The translations under genes were made by a program, and so were the position numbers. A stretch of DNA of 64,000 bases, taken from NCBI GenBank assembly GCA_965214095.1, contig OZ243938.1, positions 1,088,001 through 1,152,000 on the forward strand. The letters are read 5' to 3'. This DNA is from Candidatus Poribacteria bacterium (GTDB lineage: Bacteria > Poribacteria > WGA-4E > WGA-3G). Positions 1 to 9,050 of this stretch are shown here, piece by piece. The notes beneath the pieces were generated by a model. It was not told the DNA's origin. It saw only the letters and a list, made by a program, of their open reading frames with translations, and searched no databases. How positions within the stretch are numbered: the first letter of the stretch is position 1; each line of letters begins with the position of its first letter.

Positions 1-207
1 CGCGTCCGTATTCCCGATTATGAAGAAGCAGCCGAGAAGGGGTATGTCTTTATGGTGCGTCCCGGTACCCCTGAAGATGTAGCCCAGGCAACTATCGCTG
101 CGATGAAGTTATACGATACTGGAGTCGTCATTCCTGCTTCCGGTGGTGTGATGACACCTCTCCTCAATCTAAGGTCTATGACAGAATTAGAGATGAACAA
201 ATCTTAA
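1..207 (+). CDS. 3' end of a probable SDR-family oxidoreductase (partial, runs off the window start)
   Basis: Frame +1 is open from base 1 to TAA 205-207: ...MVRPGTPEDVAQATIAAMKLYDTGVVIPASGGV..., resembling the SDR C-terminal 'R.G.PEDVA...TG..I..DGG' pattern. It overlaps the convergent gene by 4 nt (TTAA). Confidence 0.6.
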   Translation, partial: RVRIPDYEEAAEKGYVFMVRPGTPEDVAQATIAAMKLYDTGVVIPASGGVMTPLLNLRSMTELEMNKS

Positions 208-1133
208 TCCGAGTCCCAAATACCAATATCGCGCAATATGGACTTCTTTATCTTACAAACCATCGTATAGGCAGGGTCAAACACATTCCCCATATCGTAT
301 TCAACGGTTTGTCCCAAAAGTATATGGGCAGCACGTTTCTCCAAACCAAGTTCATCCAACCATCGGAGAAGTTCTGTAGTCGCATGCTGCACCGCCTGAT
401 CTAACGGACGGGCATTACCAGCGGTAAGAATGTAGTCGTCATTTTCCGCACGTGGCCAATTTATGGATTTGCCTTTTATGACTTCAACACTGAACTGAAC
501 ATCAAAGGAGATTTCTATTCCAGTACCAACTATTTCACCATCACCCTGCACTGCATGTCCATCTCCAAGATGAAAAAGCGCACCAGAGACAAAGACTGGT
601 AGATAAACTGTAACCCCTTCCTTAAAACCACGGTAATCCATGTTCCCACCGTGTGTAGAGGACGTAGCAGTGGAGATAACCTGGCCACGCGGCGGGGCAA
701 CACCAAAACAACCCACCATCGGTTCAAGCGGCAATGTAAGTTCACCCAACTGCGTCTCAGGCGTTATTAAAGTAGCAGTCCATGCTTCAACATCAACATG
801 CCATTCTGCACGACCACCTTCCGGCATCTCTGATGCTACATAGTGCGGATCAAGCACATTCGGAGCAACAACCGTAGCAGTTCTCCCAATTTTCCGATTC
901 GGAAGAAGCTTGTCAAAACGCACAACAAGTGTATCTCCCGGTTCTGCTGTTTCAATAAAGAACGGACCCGTCTGTGGGTTACCACCCGGTGTCACCTGTG
1001 TATCTGATGCATCATAACCGGCATTATCTACAGTTGTTGTAACAACAATATCACCACTATTGATATGGAGCACAGGCTCGTGTGCCCCGATAGCAGTGTG
1101 GTAGACAGTCGGCGCAAAATGATGTATTGCCAT
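204..1133 (-). CDS. Acetamidase/formamidase family protein
   Basis: Motifs NPQTGPFFIETAEPGDTL, HGGNMD, GALFHLGDGHAVQGDGE and GTGIE; AGGAGG RBS at 1144-1149. Confidence 0.9.
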   Translation of the reverse strand: MAIHHFAPTVYHTAIGAHEPVLHINSGDIVVTTTVDNAGYDASDTQVTPGGNPQTGPFFIETAEPGDTLVVRFDKLLPNRKIGRTATVVAPNVLDPHYVASEMPEGGRAEWHVDVEAWTATLITPETQLGELTLPLEPMVGCFGVAPPRGQVISTATSSTHGGNMDYRGFKEGVTVYLPVFVSGALFHLGDGHAVQGDGEIVGTGIEISFDVQFSVEVIKGKSINWPRAENDDYILTAGNARPLDQAVQHATTELLRWLDELGLEKRAAHILLGQTVEYDMGNVFDPAYTMVCKIKKSILRDIGIWDSD

Positions 1134-1176
1134 TTCTATCGTTCCTCCTGATTTCAGTCAAACTTAGCATGTCCAC

Positions 1177-1205
1177 AATATAACACGTGTGAAATGAACC
1201 GTCAA
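1177..1205 (-). promoter_or_regulatory. Sigma70-type promoter of the acetamidase gene
   Basis: Minus strand TTGACG (1205-1200), 17 bp, TATATT (1182-1177), with an extended -10 TG. Confidence 0.6.
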
Positions 1206-1458
1206 GATAGGAGTTTTGGCATTTGGGTAATTTTGTTTTTTAGTGAATTCTCACTTTTATGTTAGTGCTATACTCTGCTATCTTGTATGTGTCTTTAGTT
1301 CCGTCAAATGGGTAAGCACAGACAAATAGATGTCCTTGTATGACAGATGTTGAAGGTGTATACGCGTTTGCAGGATCAAGTAAGTCTATCATGTGGTGCA
1401 ATCGCAAGTATAAGGAACTGGTTGATCTCAAGCCTGAGCAGTTAGATTGTTATGAGTT

Positions 1459-4400
1459 CTATTCTGGAAGTGCATACACACCTCGACGTACTTTTGTGAT
1501 TTCACCAATCTTGCTAAGTCGAGCGAGTTCATTATATATTCCTGTTGGGTTGCCTTCAATCGCTGCAATAACTTCAGCCCCTTTTTTCTCACCATCGGCG
1601 AGGAGGGCGAGGATCTGTTCACGGTATGTTACACGAGGGATATTCCCACCGCGAAGTTTTTGCAGTAAACTGTTCGCTATCCGTGGGGAACATCCTAAAA
1701 TCCGTTCTATCTCTATTCTGCTGGTTTCCGCTGTAATATTTTCACTCTCTTTTTCGTATTGTTGACGTGCCTTAATTGTGTCGGCAAGTTTGTCAATATT
1801 CCCAGCGATTTCAAAGTCTTCCCAATCAAAAAGCATCGTTTGCGGTCTGTCGGTGATGTCAGGGATTTCGAGGCTACTGATGAACACAACTTTTTTGTCT
1901 GGTAAACGGTTCAACCCAGCAAGTCCAACAATCCGTCTTAGTAATTCTGTAATGTGCTGTATGTATATTCGTTGAATCCGTGGGTCCTTATAGTATTGAA
2001 AGGTTGCGTCTGATTCGTAGCAGAGTGGTTCTTCATCATTTCCATATAACATTTGTGCATGGAGCCAAAATACAGTAGGCTCCGTGTAGGGTGTTCCGAC
2101 GATCCAAATGACATCCGCTGCTTCAAAAGCCGTTTCCAAGTTATTCAATTCTTTGAATTCAGTTAGCAAGCAGACATTCTCTTTCTCTGCAACATCCTGC
2201 AATTGCGCCATGACCCCATGATATGTTATGATAGCATGCTTGATGTTTGGATCTCTATTGATCTCAGCACAGATACCGGTCAGAATCCGTTCTCCCATTT
2301 TTGAGAACCCGTTAACATCCCAAGTGTTGTCGTAGTCTAACATTGTTCTGATAGTATACGCACCCGTCCGAATCTGGAAGAGGGTGTTACCTTCAATCCA
2401 CGGTGTCGGGTTAAGCCGTATTATCTCTATATCTTCATCTGGGAACGTTCTGGTGAAATCGGTGTTATTTTGAACTGCGGACATTAAAAGGAGTCGTTTG
2501 ACATCAGGATGTATCACGGGTGGGATCCAAAACTCCATGAGGCCGTTATGTAGGACAATAGGCGCGTCAGAATCGCGTTTATAATGTGCAAAGAAACGTT
2601 TGAGTTGATGCCATAACGTCCAATCTGGATTCGGGGTGACTGATGGCAGCTTCTGAATGTGTTCGACTGTGGTTATGTTTAATATGCCGAGTCGGTTCGC
2701 TTGTTCAATTGACAGGGGTATATTTATATCTTCGTTAACACGAACGTTCTTCAGTTGGACAACAGGGAGCTCCGCTGCGTGAAGTTCTTCTGCAGTGTTC
2801 CTGTCAAGTGGAATGTATGCAGTAGCACCGCCTTCAAACTCAATCCGATAACGTGCTAATTCTTTACCGCTCTGGTTCTCTCTATATAGGTGTTCAATCA
2901 CCCTCCCTTTATGTCTGATCTGGCACATCTGTGCAATAATTTCTTGTTCATACGGATCAAATGCCTGCATCACCGTGCGGATGCGATTCACCAATAGGTC
3001 ATCAGGTTCCGGCTTCATTTCTAATGCGTTGCGTAATGCCTGTGCAAAGTTTCCTAACGCCTCACCTTTCCAGTCAGTAAACCAGGTGTCTAATTGATTC
3101 TTTGATATACCACAGCGCGCAAACACACTTCTTATACCTACTTCATTAATTATACATAATCGTTCTCTGCCGTTGATTGGATCAAGAACCTTTTCTGAAA
3201 TTGTCGCGGCGTTCGGGTCGAGAAATATTCGCTCATTGCCAACTAATTGTGTATTTGCTTGTTGTAATAACTTCGGTTGCGTGAGGAAGCCACGTTTCTG
3301 ACAATCTGTATAAACTGGACATTGCGGACAGAGAATTTGCTTTGCGTCCATACCTTTTTTTTTGAGTGCTGAGAACCGCTCTGGGTCCTCACAAATATTC
3401 CCGTATTGGAAAGGCGTTTTCATTCGAACATCAGCAGGTATTTCTTTGATCTGTTCCCACATGTAACTAACATTTCTCCAGCGCGCGATTGATGATAGGT
3501 TGTGCTTTTGATAATGTTGTGCCATGGCTTCTATTGCAAAAAAACCTGAGCAGAAAGCGACTGGGCCGGCATTCAGGATATACTTTTCCAATTCATAGTT
3601 GTTCATTGCTTGTGTTTCACCAGAAAGTGCAATAATACGTGCATCGCTGGTAAAAACACGTTGCAGCTGCTGAAAGTTTTCATCAAGCGTTTCGTAATGT
3701 TTATCTATTTCTGCTGTTTTCTCAAGAATTGGTGAAGGTCGTTTAATTGCCAATGGACTCAAGTTACCTTCCCTTATAGCCAGTATCTTTTCGTTCACAG
3801 GCACACCTGTTTCAGGTAAAGTTGGCAGAATACCTGTATCGTCCCAAGCATCCGTAATTCGGGTGTCTTCTGAGGGTATATCGGTCTTCGGTGAGGTCGC
3901 GCGTATCCAGACAGTCCCATCCTGTTCCCATAATAACACATCTTCATCTCCTTGTTGTCTACTCCAACAGAAATAATCTCCATCTTGTTTGATGTATGTA
4001 TATCCGCGTTTTAAGAAAGCCTCTTTTGCGAGATCTAATTTCCGGGAACCGAAAGAAGAAGAAAAAACGTAAACATTATGATTTTCAGGAAATGGAACCT
4101 TTGGTGCAGATAGGTCTGGGGCGTGATGTTTCTCCTTGAACGTATCAATTGCGGCAAAAAGTATCTCTTTTGATATGATCGGTGGATTCAATAGATCACC
4201 AGTGACAATCTCATATCGCGCATCCCATGCGCTATGTCCTTTATCGCCGAGCACTTCGAGGTAGACATCGTGATGGAATTCGTTTTCTGATTTCTGTGTG
4301 TCCTTGTAGACATAAAACCTTGACTCTTCTGTGTTTGGGTGTAGGTAGTCAGGCACTCTACAGGAGAAACGCAATCCGCCGGATTTTGTGATTACCAGCA

Positions 4401-4842
4401 GCGGGTTGACAACTGCGTTGCATAACATTTGAATACACGTTAACACATCATCTGGGACATCACATATCGCTTGGTATGAAAAATCCATATCGTGCCAGTG
4501 TGCATCTTCGCGTTGTGAAGGAATACCCGTATATACATGAATACCCCACGATGTGTGCCACAGTCGCATATCCCAGTCATTCCAACTCTGTTGTGTCAGG
4601 AACCGATCACCGCCAAAAGAGTGTGGAAGCCGATCGTGTTCATGTGCTAATCCTATCGGCATAAGCGAGACATCAGCCGCGTCAAGATCATAAAGCTTGA
4701 TAGGACAACTACGTGCACAAAACACCGTGAAATGGTCGAAAAGTCCTTTATAGATCGCAGGAGATACGAGTGTTTTCTTCTGCCGCAGCGGCTTCTCGTG
4801 CCGTTTCTGACAACGTTGGATAAGATTATTTATGGAGTTCAT
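1459..4842 (-). CDS. Large hypothetical protein: N-terminal Prim-Pol-like domain, degenerate SF2 helicase-like region with a 4-Cys cluster, C-terminal HTH/wHTH
   Basis: 1127-aa ORF. Prim-Pol-like motifs WGIHVYTG..WHDMDF, ITKSGGLRF and LEVLGDKG; Cys cluster CEDP..CPQCPVYTDC; helicase-like motifs CIINEV, LLLMSA and IWIVGTP; C-terminal ITKVRRGVYALP. Confidence 0.6.
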   Translation of the reverse strand: MNSINNLIQRCQKRHEKPLRQKKTLVSPAIYKGLFDHFTVFCARSCPIKLYDLDAADVSLMPIGLAHEHDRLPHSFGGDRFLTQQSWNDWDMRLWHTSWGIHVYTGIPSQREDAHWHDMDFSYQAICDVPDDVLTCIQMLCNAVVNPLLVITKSGGLRFSCRVPDYLHPNTEESRFYVYKDTQKSENEFHHDVYLEVLGDKGHSAWDARYEIVTGDLLNPPIISKEILFAAIDTFKEKHHAPDLSAPKVPFPENHNVYVFSSSFGSRKLDLAKEAFLKRGYTYIKQDGDYFCWSRQQGDEDVLLWEQDGTVWIRATSPKTDIPSEDTRITDAWDDTGILPTLPETGVPVNEKILAIREGNLSPLAIKRPSPILEKTAEIDKHYETLDENFQQLQRVFTSDARIIALSGETQAMNNYELEKYILNAGPVAFCSGFFAIEAMAQHYQKHNLSSIARWRNVSYMWEQIKEIPADVRMKTPFQYGNICEDPERFSALKKKGMDAKQILCPQCPVYTDCQKRGFLTQPKLLQQANTQLVGNERIFLDPNAATISEKVLDPINGRERLCIINEVGIRSVFARCGISKNQLDTWFTDWKGEALGNFAQALRNALEMKPEPDDLLVNRIRTVMQAFDPYEQEIIAQMCQIRHKGRVIEHLYRENQSGKELARYRIEFEGGATAYIPLDRNTAEELHAAELPVVQLKNVRVNEDINIPLSIEQANRLGILNITTVEHIQKLPSVTPNPDWTLWHQLKRFFAHYKRDSDAPIVLHNGLMEFWIPPVIHPDVKRLLLMSAVQNNTDFTRTFPDEDIEIIRLNPTPWIEGNTLFQIRTGAYTIRTMLDYDNTWDVNGFSKMGERILTGICAEINRDPNIKHAIITYHGVMAQLQDVAEKENVCLLTEFKELNNLETAFEAADVIWIVGTPYTEPTVFWLHAQMLYGNDEEPLCYESDATFQYYKDPRIQRIYIQHITELLRRIVGLAGLNRLPDKKVVFISSLEIPDITDRPQTMLFDWEDFEIAGNIDKLADTIKARQQYEKESENITAETSRIEIERILGCSPRIANSLLQKLRGGNIPRVTYREQILALLADGEKKGAEVIAAIEGNPTGIYNELARLSKIGEITKVRRGVYALPE

Positions 4843-4924
4843 GTTTTCATTAACCTAAGTGGATTCGGATACTAAATCATACCATAAATAGAGAAAAGAT
4901 ACAAGTTGGTACTACAATAAACCT

Positions 4925-4976
4925 GTAGGAGCGATCTCCGAATCGTGATAGATCGGGAATCGGAATTCCCACCTAC
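4925..4976. repeat. REP doublet (REPIN-like): GTAG-hairpin plus inverted GTAG-hairpin
   Basis: GTAGGAGCGATCTCCGAATCGTGA ... TCGGGAATCGGAATTCCCACCTAC. Related doublets at ~8457-8514 (degenerate) and 23887-23950. Confidence 0.75.
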
Positions 4977-5028
4977 AATGAACTATACCGTTATTCCTAA
5001 AAACTTTACACACCACTAAAATATTGAC

Positions 5029-5117
5029 TTGAATTTTTATTTTTTCTTTCCTATAATACATATTAAGTATTACATAAAAATATTATATAAATAACATCTA
5101 AATTATCTTAATATGTA
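5029..5117 (+). promoter_or_regulatory. Sigma70 promoter with overlapping 11-bp inverted-repeat operator
   Basis: TTGAAT 5029-5034, 17 bp, TATAAT 5052-5057. TACATATTAAG 5057-5067, 39-bp spacer, CTTAATATGTA 5107-5117. Confidence 0.7.
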
Positions 5118-5148
5118 ATAAATTCAATGCACAAAACAGGAGTTCACT

Positions 5149-5304
5149 ATGAAAAGAACACAGATTCTATTTATTTTCATAATCCTATGTAGTTCAATGC
5201 CATTGACCGCAGTATCACAGACTAATAGATTCACGATAGTAAGTGGTAATAACCAGACAGGTGCGGTGCGGTCAGAACTTGTAGAACACTTTGTTGTCTT
5301 ATAG
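5149..5304 (+). pseudogene. True 5' end (signal peptide plus start of first Big_1 domain) of the 5335..8277 gene, cut by an in-frame TAG
   Basis: AGGAG RBS and ATG 5149 give MKRTQILFIFIILCSSMPLTAVSQTNRFTIVSGNNQTG...FVVL*. Same frame as 5335..8277; TAG at 5302-5304. Confidence 0.8.
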
Positions 5305-5334
5305 GAGGTAGAGGTTTCTGAGAAGTGGTTCGGC

Positions 5335-8277
5335 TTGATTGGTGTCACTGTCACCTTTGAGATTATTGATAACAATGGTAGAGGTGCGACGCTGAGCACT
5401 ACCAGTACCAGTACCGGTAGCGGAGATCATGCAGGCAAAGCAAGTACAAAGTTGACATTGGGTAACACAACGGGAACATATCAAGTTAAAGCCACCGCTA
5501 CTTATTCTGGGAATACAGAAACAGTAACCTTTTCTGCGACCGCTGCAACACCGACAACACTTGAGAGCGTGAGTGGCAATAACCAGACTGGTTATCGAGA
5601 TGAAAATGTAGCGAATCCGTTTGTTGTTAAAGTGAAGGACCAGAACAACAAAGCATTGTCGGGTGCTACGGTGACGTTTGCTATCACCTCAACACCTTCC
5701 GGTAGCAGTGGTCAATCGCTCTCTCCGACAAGTGCCACCACAGACGTAAATGGACTGACAGAAACCAAACTGCGGTTTGGGCACCGCACTGGTCGTTATA
5801 CCGTGACAGCGACCGTGAGTGGCATAACGCCGTCTTTAACATTTCAGGCTATCGCTATAGTACCACCGAGACCGTCAATGATTGATAATAAGACCGGTAA
5901 TAACCAGACAGGACGTATCAATCAAGATTTAGTCAATCCGTTTTCTCTGAGAGTGAAAGACCAGAACGGTAATCCGATGTCGGGTATTGATGTAACGTTT
6001 ACTGTCGCTACACAACCGACAGGTACCACAGGTGCAACGGTCACCCCAGAAACCACAACGACCAATTCCGAAGGGATTGCCCAAGCCACGTTGCGACTGG
6101 GTAGCGTCGATGGCGACTATACCGTGTCCGCAAAAGTTACAGGCATATCGGGTGTGACGACATTTACCGCCACCGCGACAACACCGCCACCTACACTAGT
6201 CCCAACCCTTATAACAACTAACAACGGAAATAGACAAATGGGTACTGTCAATTCGATCTTACCCAATCAACTTGTGGCGAAGGTTGTTGATCAGAATGGG
6301 GATCCTCTTGCGGATGTGACCGTAATGTTTAGTATATCAGAAGACGGCTCCGTGGATCCGAGCAGTTCGGTCACCGATTCGCAGGGACTTGTGAGAACAA
6401 CAGTTACACTCGGCAGGCATTCTGATTCCGCCTACACAATTACAGCGCGTATACAAGACACCGAGTTATATGCTTCCTTTGTAGCATTTACTGCGGCGAC
6501 TATAACCCGGACACGAGTTGAAGATCCAATACCGGAAAGGACTCCTGCAGAAACACCTATAGCAATACCTATAGCAACACCCACCCGTACTGTCGCACGC
6601 GACAGTATAATCTTTAATGAAATACACAATGCTGTTGATGACAAACACGATTGGATTGAAATTAAGAATATCACGAATCGTGAAATAACGTTGAATTCGT
6701 GGGAAATTAGCATTGTTACGAGTAGTCAGGATGATGAGGATATTGTGTCATTTACAGGACTGGATTATAAACTGCAACCGGGCAAACTGCTCCTAATTAC
6801 CAACGCACTACACACCGATACAGACTTAATCCAAGGGCAAAATATAGCGGATCCGCCGCACAATCCAGTTTTACTCCCCTCTTATCTGGTAGCGCCGGAT
6901 CTGCGCCTGCCCATTACACCCTATCTGTTAATTCTTCGCAATCAACCTGATTTAAACGGCACTCCAGACCAAATAGAAGATGTTGCTGGTAACTACTATA
7001 GAGAAGTCGTTGAGGATAACACGAATATATGGCCGCTGCGCGACACAACAGTATTTTTTGAGAACACGGAGTTTCTCACTCAAGGGAAAGCGTGGCAGCG
7101 AACAGAACCTATCCGAGATGGTTATGACCCGAATGCATGGGAGGAGAGTGGGTATAAATCTGGACTCGGTTATGAAATGAATGCCGATAGCACCACGAGT
7201 CTCGGCACACCGGGATATCCAAGTGATATTTACGTCAGTAATGTTGACAGAGGCGAGGTCGTTTTCAGTGAAATTATGTTCGCAACGAATAAATCCCGCA
7301 ATGATGAACCGCAATGGATAGAACTCTTTAACACTTCCAATACGAAGGTCGTGGATTTAGAGGGTTGGTTGCTGATATTCGAGACTGATGATAGAGAAGA
7401 TGAAACACAAAATCAGTTCACAAGCATCACTTTGAAGTCAATGGAGATCCTGCCGAAGCAGACTGTGCAATTGGTAACAGGTAAGAGTCAGCATTCAGAC
7501 AATATCCTTGATCGTCAAGTCTACGACCTATCGGAACACCACGGGACCGAATTAGGACTTAACACATTTCCATTTGTTATATTCACCGGTAAAGGCTTTT
7601 CATTGGAGCTAAAATCACTCGATAACACATCCGTAGACAAAGTTGGCAATATGTATGGGCAAGATGGGAATTATGATCTGCTCTTTGAGTTTCCATTAGG
7701 TCATAGAAACCGAGATCAAGCTCGCGTCTCCTGGATCCGTCGCTTTAACGAAAATGGGAAGGTATCAACGGGAGATGAGTTGAGCAGTTGGAAACGCAGT
7801 ACAGAATCAAAAGAAGTCGAGTTTGCCAATGTTAAGAGTTACTATGGTAAAGATACAGATATCGGAACTCCTGGCTATACCTCAATGACACCGCTACCGG
7901 ATTCATTATCACTACCGGTGCCCGTCTCACTGTCTGATTTTAATGCTGAAGTGACAGATACGGGAGTTGTCATCAACTGGACAACAGAGTCTGAATTGGA
8001 TAATGCAGGGTTCAACATCTATCGCGGTTTATCTAAAGAGGGTCCGTTTGTAAAGGTGAACCCGAAGTTGATTCAAGGTGCTGGCACTACGGGTGAACGT
8101 AACACCTATAAATGGATTGATGCAACTGCTAAGTCAGGAATTGTCTATTATTATCAGATTGAAGATGTATCTTTTACAGGAGAGGGACAGACTCATACAA
8201 CTGTACGTCTAAAAGGTTTCATTTCTGCAAAGAATAAACTCACAACGACGTGGAGCACATTGAAAAGGTTACGATGA
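5335..8277 (+). CDS. Secreted surface protein: invasin/intimin-type Ig (Big_1) repeats, two lamin-tail-like domains, C-terminal Ig-like domain with KLTTTWSTLK tail
   Basis: Repeats SGNNQTG..NPFVVKVKDQ..GATVTF..TD.NG; IIFNEIH..DWIEIKN and VVFSEIM..QWIELFN; LPVPVSLSDF..WTTESELDNAGFNIYR. The real start is probably 5149, upstream of the internal TAG. Confidence 0.85.
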   Translation: MIGVTVTFEIIDNNGRGATLSTTSTSTGSGDHAGKASTKLTLGNTTGTYQVKATATYSGNTETVTFSATAATPTTLESVSGNNQTGYRDENVANPFVVKVKDQNNKALSGATVTFAITSTPSGSSGQSLSPTSATTDVNGLTETKLRFGHRTGRYTVTATVSGITPSLTFQAIAIVPPRPSMIDNKTGNNQTGRINQDLVNPFSLRVKDQNGNPMSGIDVTFTVATQPTGTTGATVTPETTTTNSEGIAQATLRLGSVDGDYTVSAKVTGISGVTTFTATATTPPPTLVPTLITTNNGNRQMGTVNSILPNQLVAKVVDQNGDPLADVTVMFSISEDGSVDPSSSVTDSQGLVRTTVTLGRHSDSAYTITARIQDTELYASFVAFTAATITRTRVEDPIPERTPAETPIAIPIATPTRTVARDSIIFNEIHNAVDDKHDWIEIKNITNREITLNSWEISIVTSSQDDEDIVSFTGLDYKLQPGKLLLITNALHTDTDLIQGQNIADPPHNPVLLPSYLVAPDLRLPITPYLLILRNQPDLNGTPDQIEDVAGNYYREVVEDNTNIWPLRDTTVFFENTEFLTQGKAWQRTEPIRDGYDPNAWEESGYKSGLGYEMNADSTTSLGTPGYPSDIYVSNVDRGEVVFSEIMFATNKSRNDEPQWIELFNTSNTKVVDLEGWLLIFETDDREDETQNQFTSITLKSMEILPKQTVQLVTGKSQHSDNILDRQVYDLSEHHGTELGLNTFPFVIFTGKGFSLELKSLDNTSVDKVGNMYGQDGNYDLLFEFPLGHRNRDQARVSWIRRFNENGKVSTGDELSSWKRSTESKEVEFANVKSYYGKDTDIGTPGYTSMTPLPDSLSLPVPVSLSDFNAEVTDTGVVINWTTESELDNAGFNIYRGLSKEGPFVKVNPKLIQGAGTTGERNTYKWIDATAKSGIVYYYQIEDVSFTGEGQTHTTVRLKGFISAKNKLTTTWSTLKRLR

Positions 8278-8593
8278 GCTCATTCAGTGAAAATCTACCA
8301 ACCTAAATGATCAAAAAACCTGATGAACTTTGATATACAAATTCGGTAATTTAAACGTAGGTGTTGGGTCTCCCAACCCCTCAGGGTCTTTTCATTCGCC
8401 TACTGGACGCGGAGACCTCGCCGTTACGTATACCCAATTTGAACTTCAAATTGCATTAGGAGCGATCTCGGAAACGCGATAGATCTGCAGTCTGGAATCG
8501 GAATTCCAGCATACAATCAATTATGTCATTAATGGTAACAACTTTACACACCTAAATATTTTTGTTGCATTTAATATCAAAATATCTTATCCT

Positions 8594-8659
8594 TATAATA
8601 CATATTAAGAAATACTATATAATATTTATATTATAACAATATAATTTACTTAATATGTA
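8594..8659 (+). promoter_or_regulatory. Second copy of the promoter/operator element, upstream of the giant adhesin
   Basis: TATAAT 8594-8599; TACATATTAAG 8599-8609, 39-bp spacer, CTTAATATGTA 8649-8659. Confidence 0.7.
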
Positions 8660-8712
8660 ATACAAGGATGTTTCATACATTTCAAGATAGTATTGGAAAC
8701 AATTACAGGGAA

Positions 8713-8745
8713 AGTTATCTTGAGATCAGAGTTATCTTGAGATCA
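8713..8745 (+). repeat. Tandem duplication of AGTTATCTTGAGATCA (17-bp period)
   Basis: Identical 16-mers at 8713-8728 and 8730-8745; the core ATCTTGAGAT is near-palindromic. Confidence 0.85.
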
Positions 8746-8848
8746 TAATGCCACATCTTAAAAGTTTAAACCTTCCATATATCTTTATGATTAGGTTAAG
8801 ATCAGTTCTTACCTTTCACGAATACTCTTGTTGGAGGTGGCTATAAGT

Positions 8849-8963
8849 TCTTTCACATTCGGGGTTGGAAACCTCTCTTACACAATGTAAGAACTCTTTC
8901 ACAATCGTGGTTGGGACCCCTCCCACACAATGTCCAATGCGCAATGAATTGCGCTACTACAAA
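8849..8963. repeat. Two degenerate ~46-bp REP-like units plus a GCGCAAT/ATTGCGC-CTAC REP in the adhesin leader
   Basis: TCTTTCACA..GGTTGG..CACAATGT starting at 8849 and 8895; GCGCAATGAATTGCGCTACTAC at ~8939-8960. Confidence 0.6.
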
Positions 8964-9050
8964 CGGAAATATGTGGAGTTCACGACTATAAGTTGCAAAT
9001 GTCAATTTAATTTTACTATCTATCATATTAGGAAAGGAATAGACGAGAGC

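Noticed and set aside
1240-1431. 63-aa minus-strand ORF as an IS200/RAYT remnant
   Set aside because: Only a vague N-terminal resemblance, with no HUH motif or catalytic Tyr context.
8865-9050. ORF-track N-terminal extensions (8865, also 46087, 46692, 58279, 26513)
   Set aside because: They run through repeats or promoters; downstream ATGs with RBS, signal peptide or promoter context fit better.
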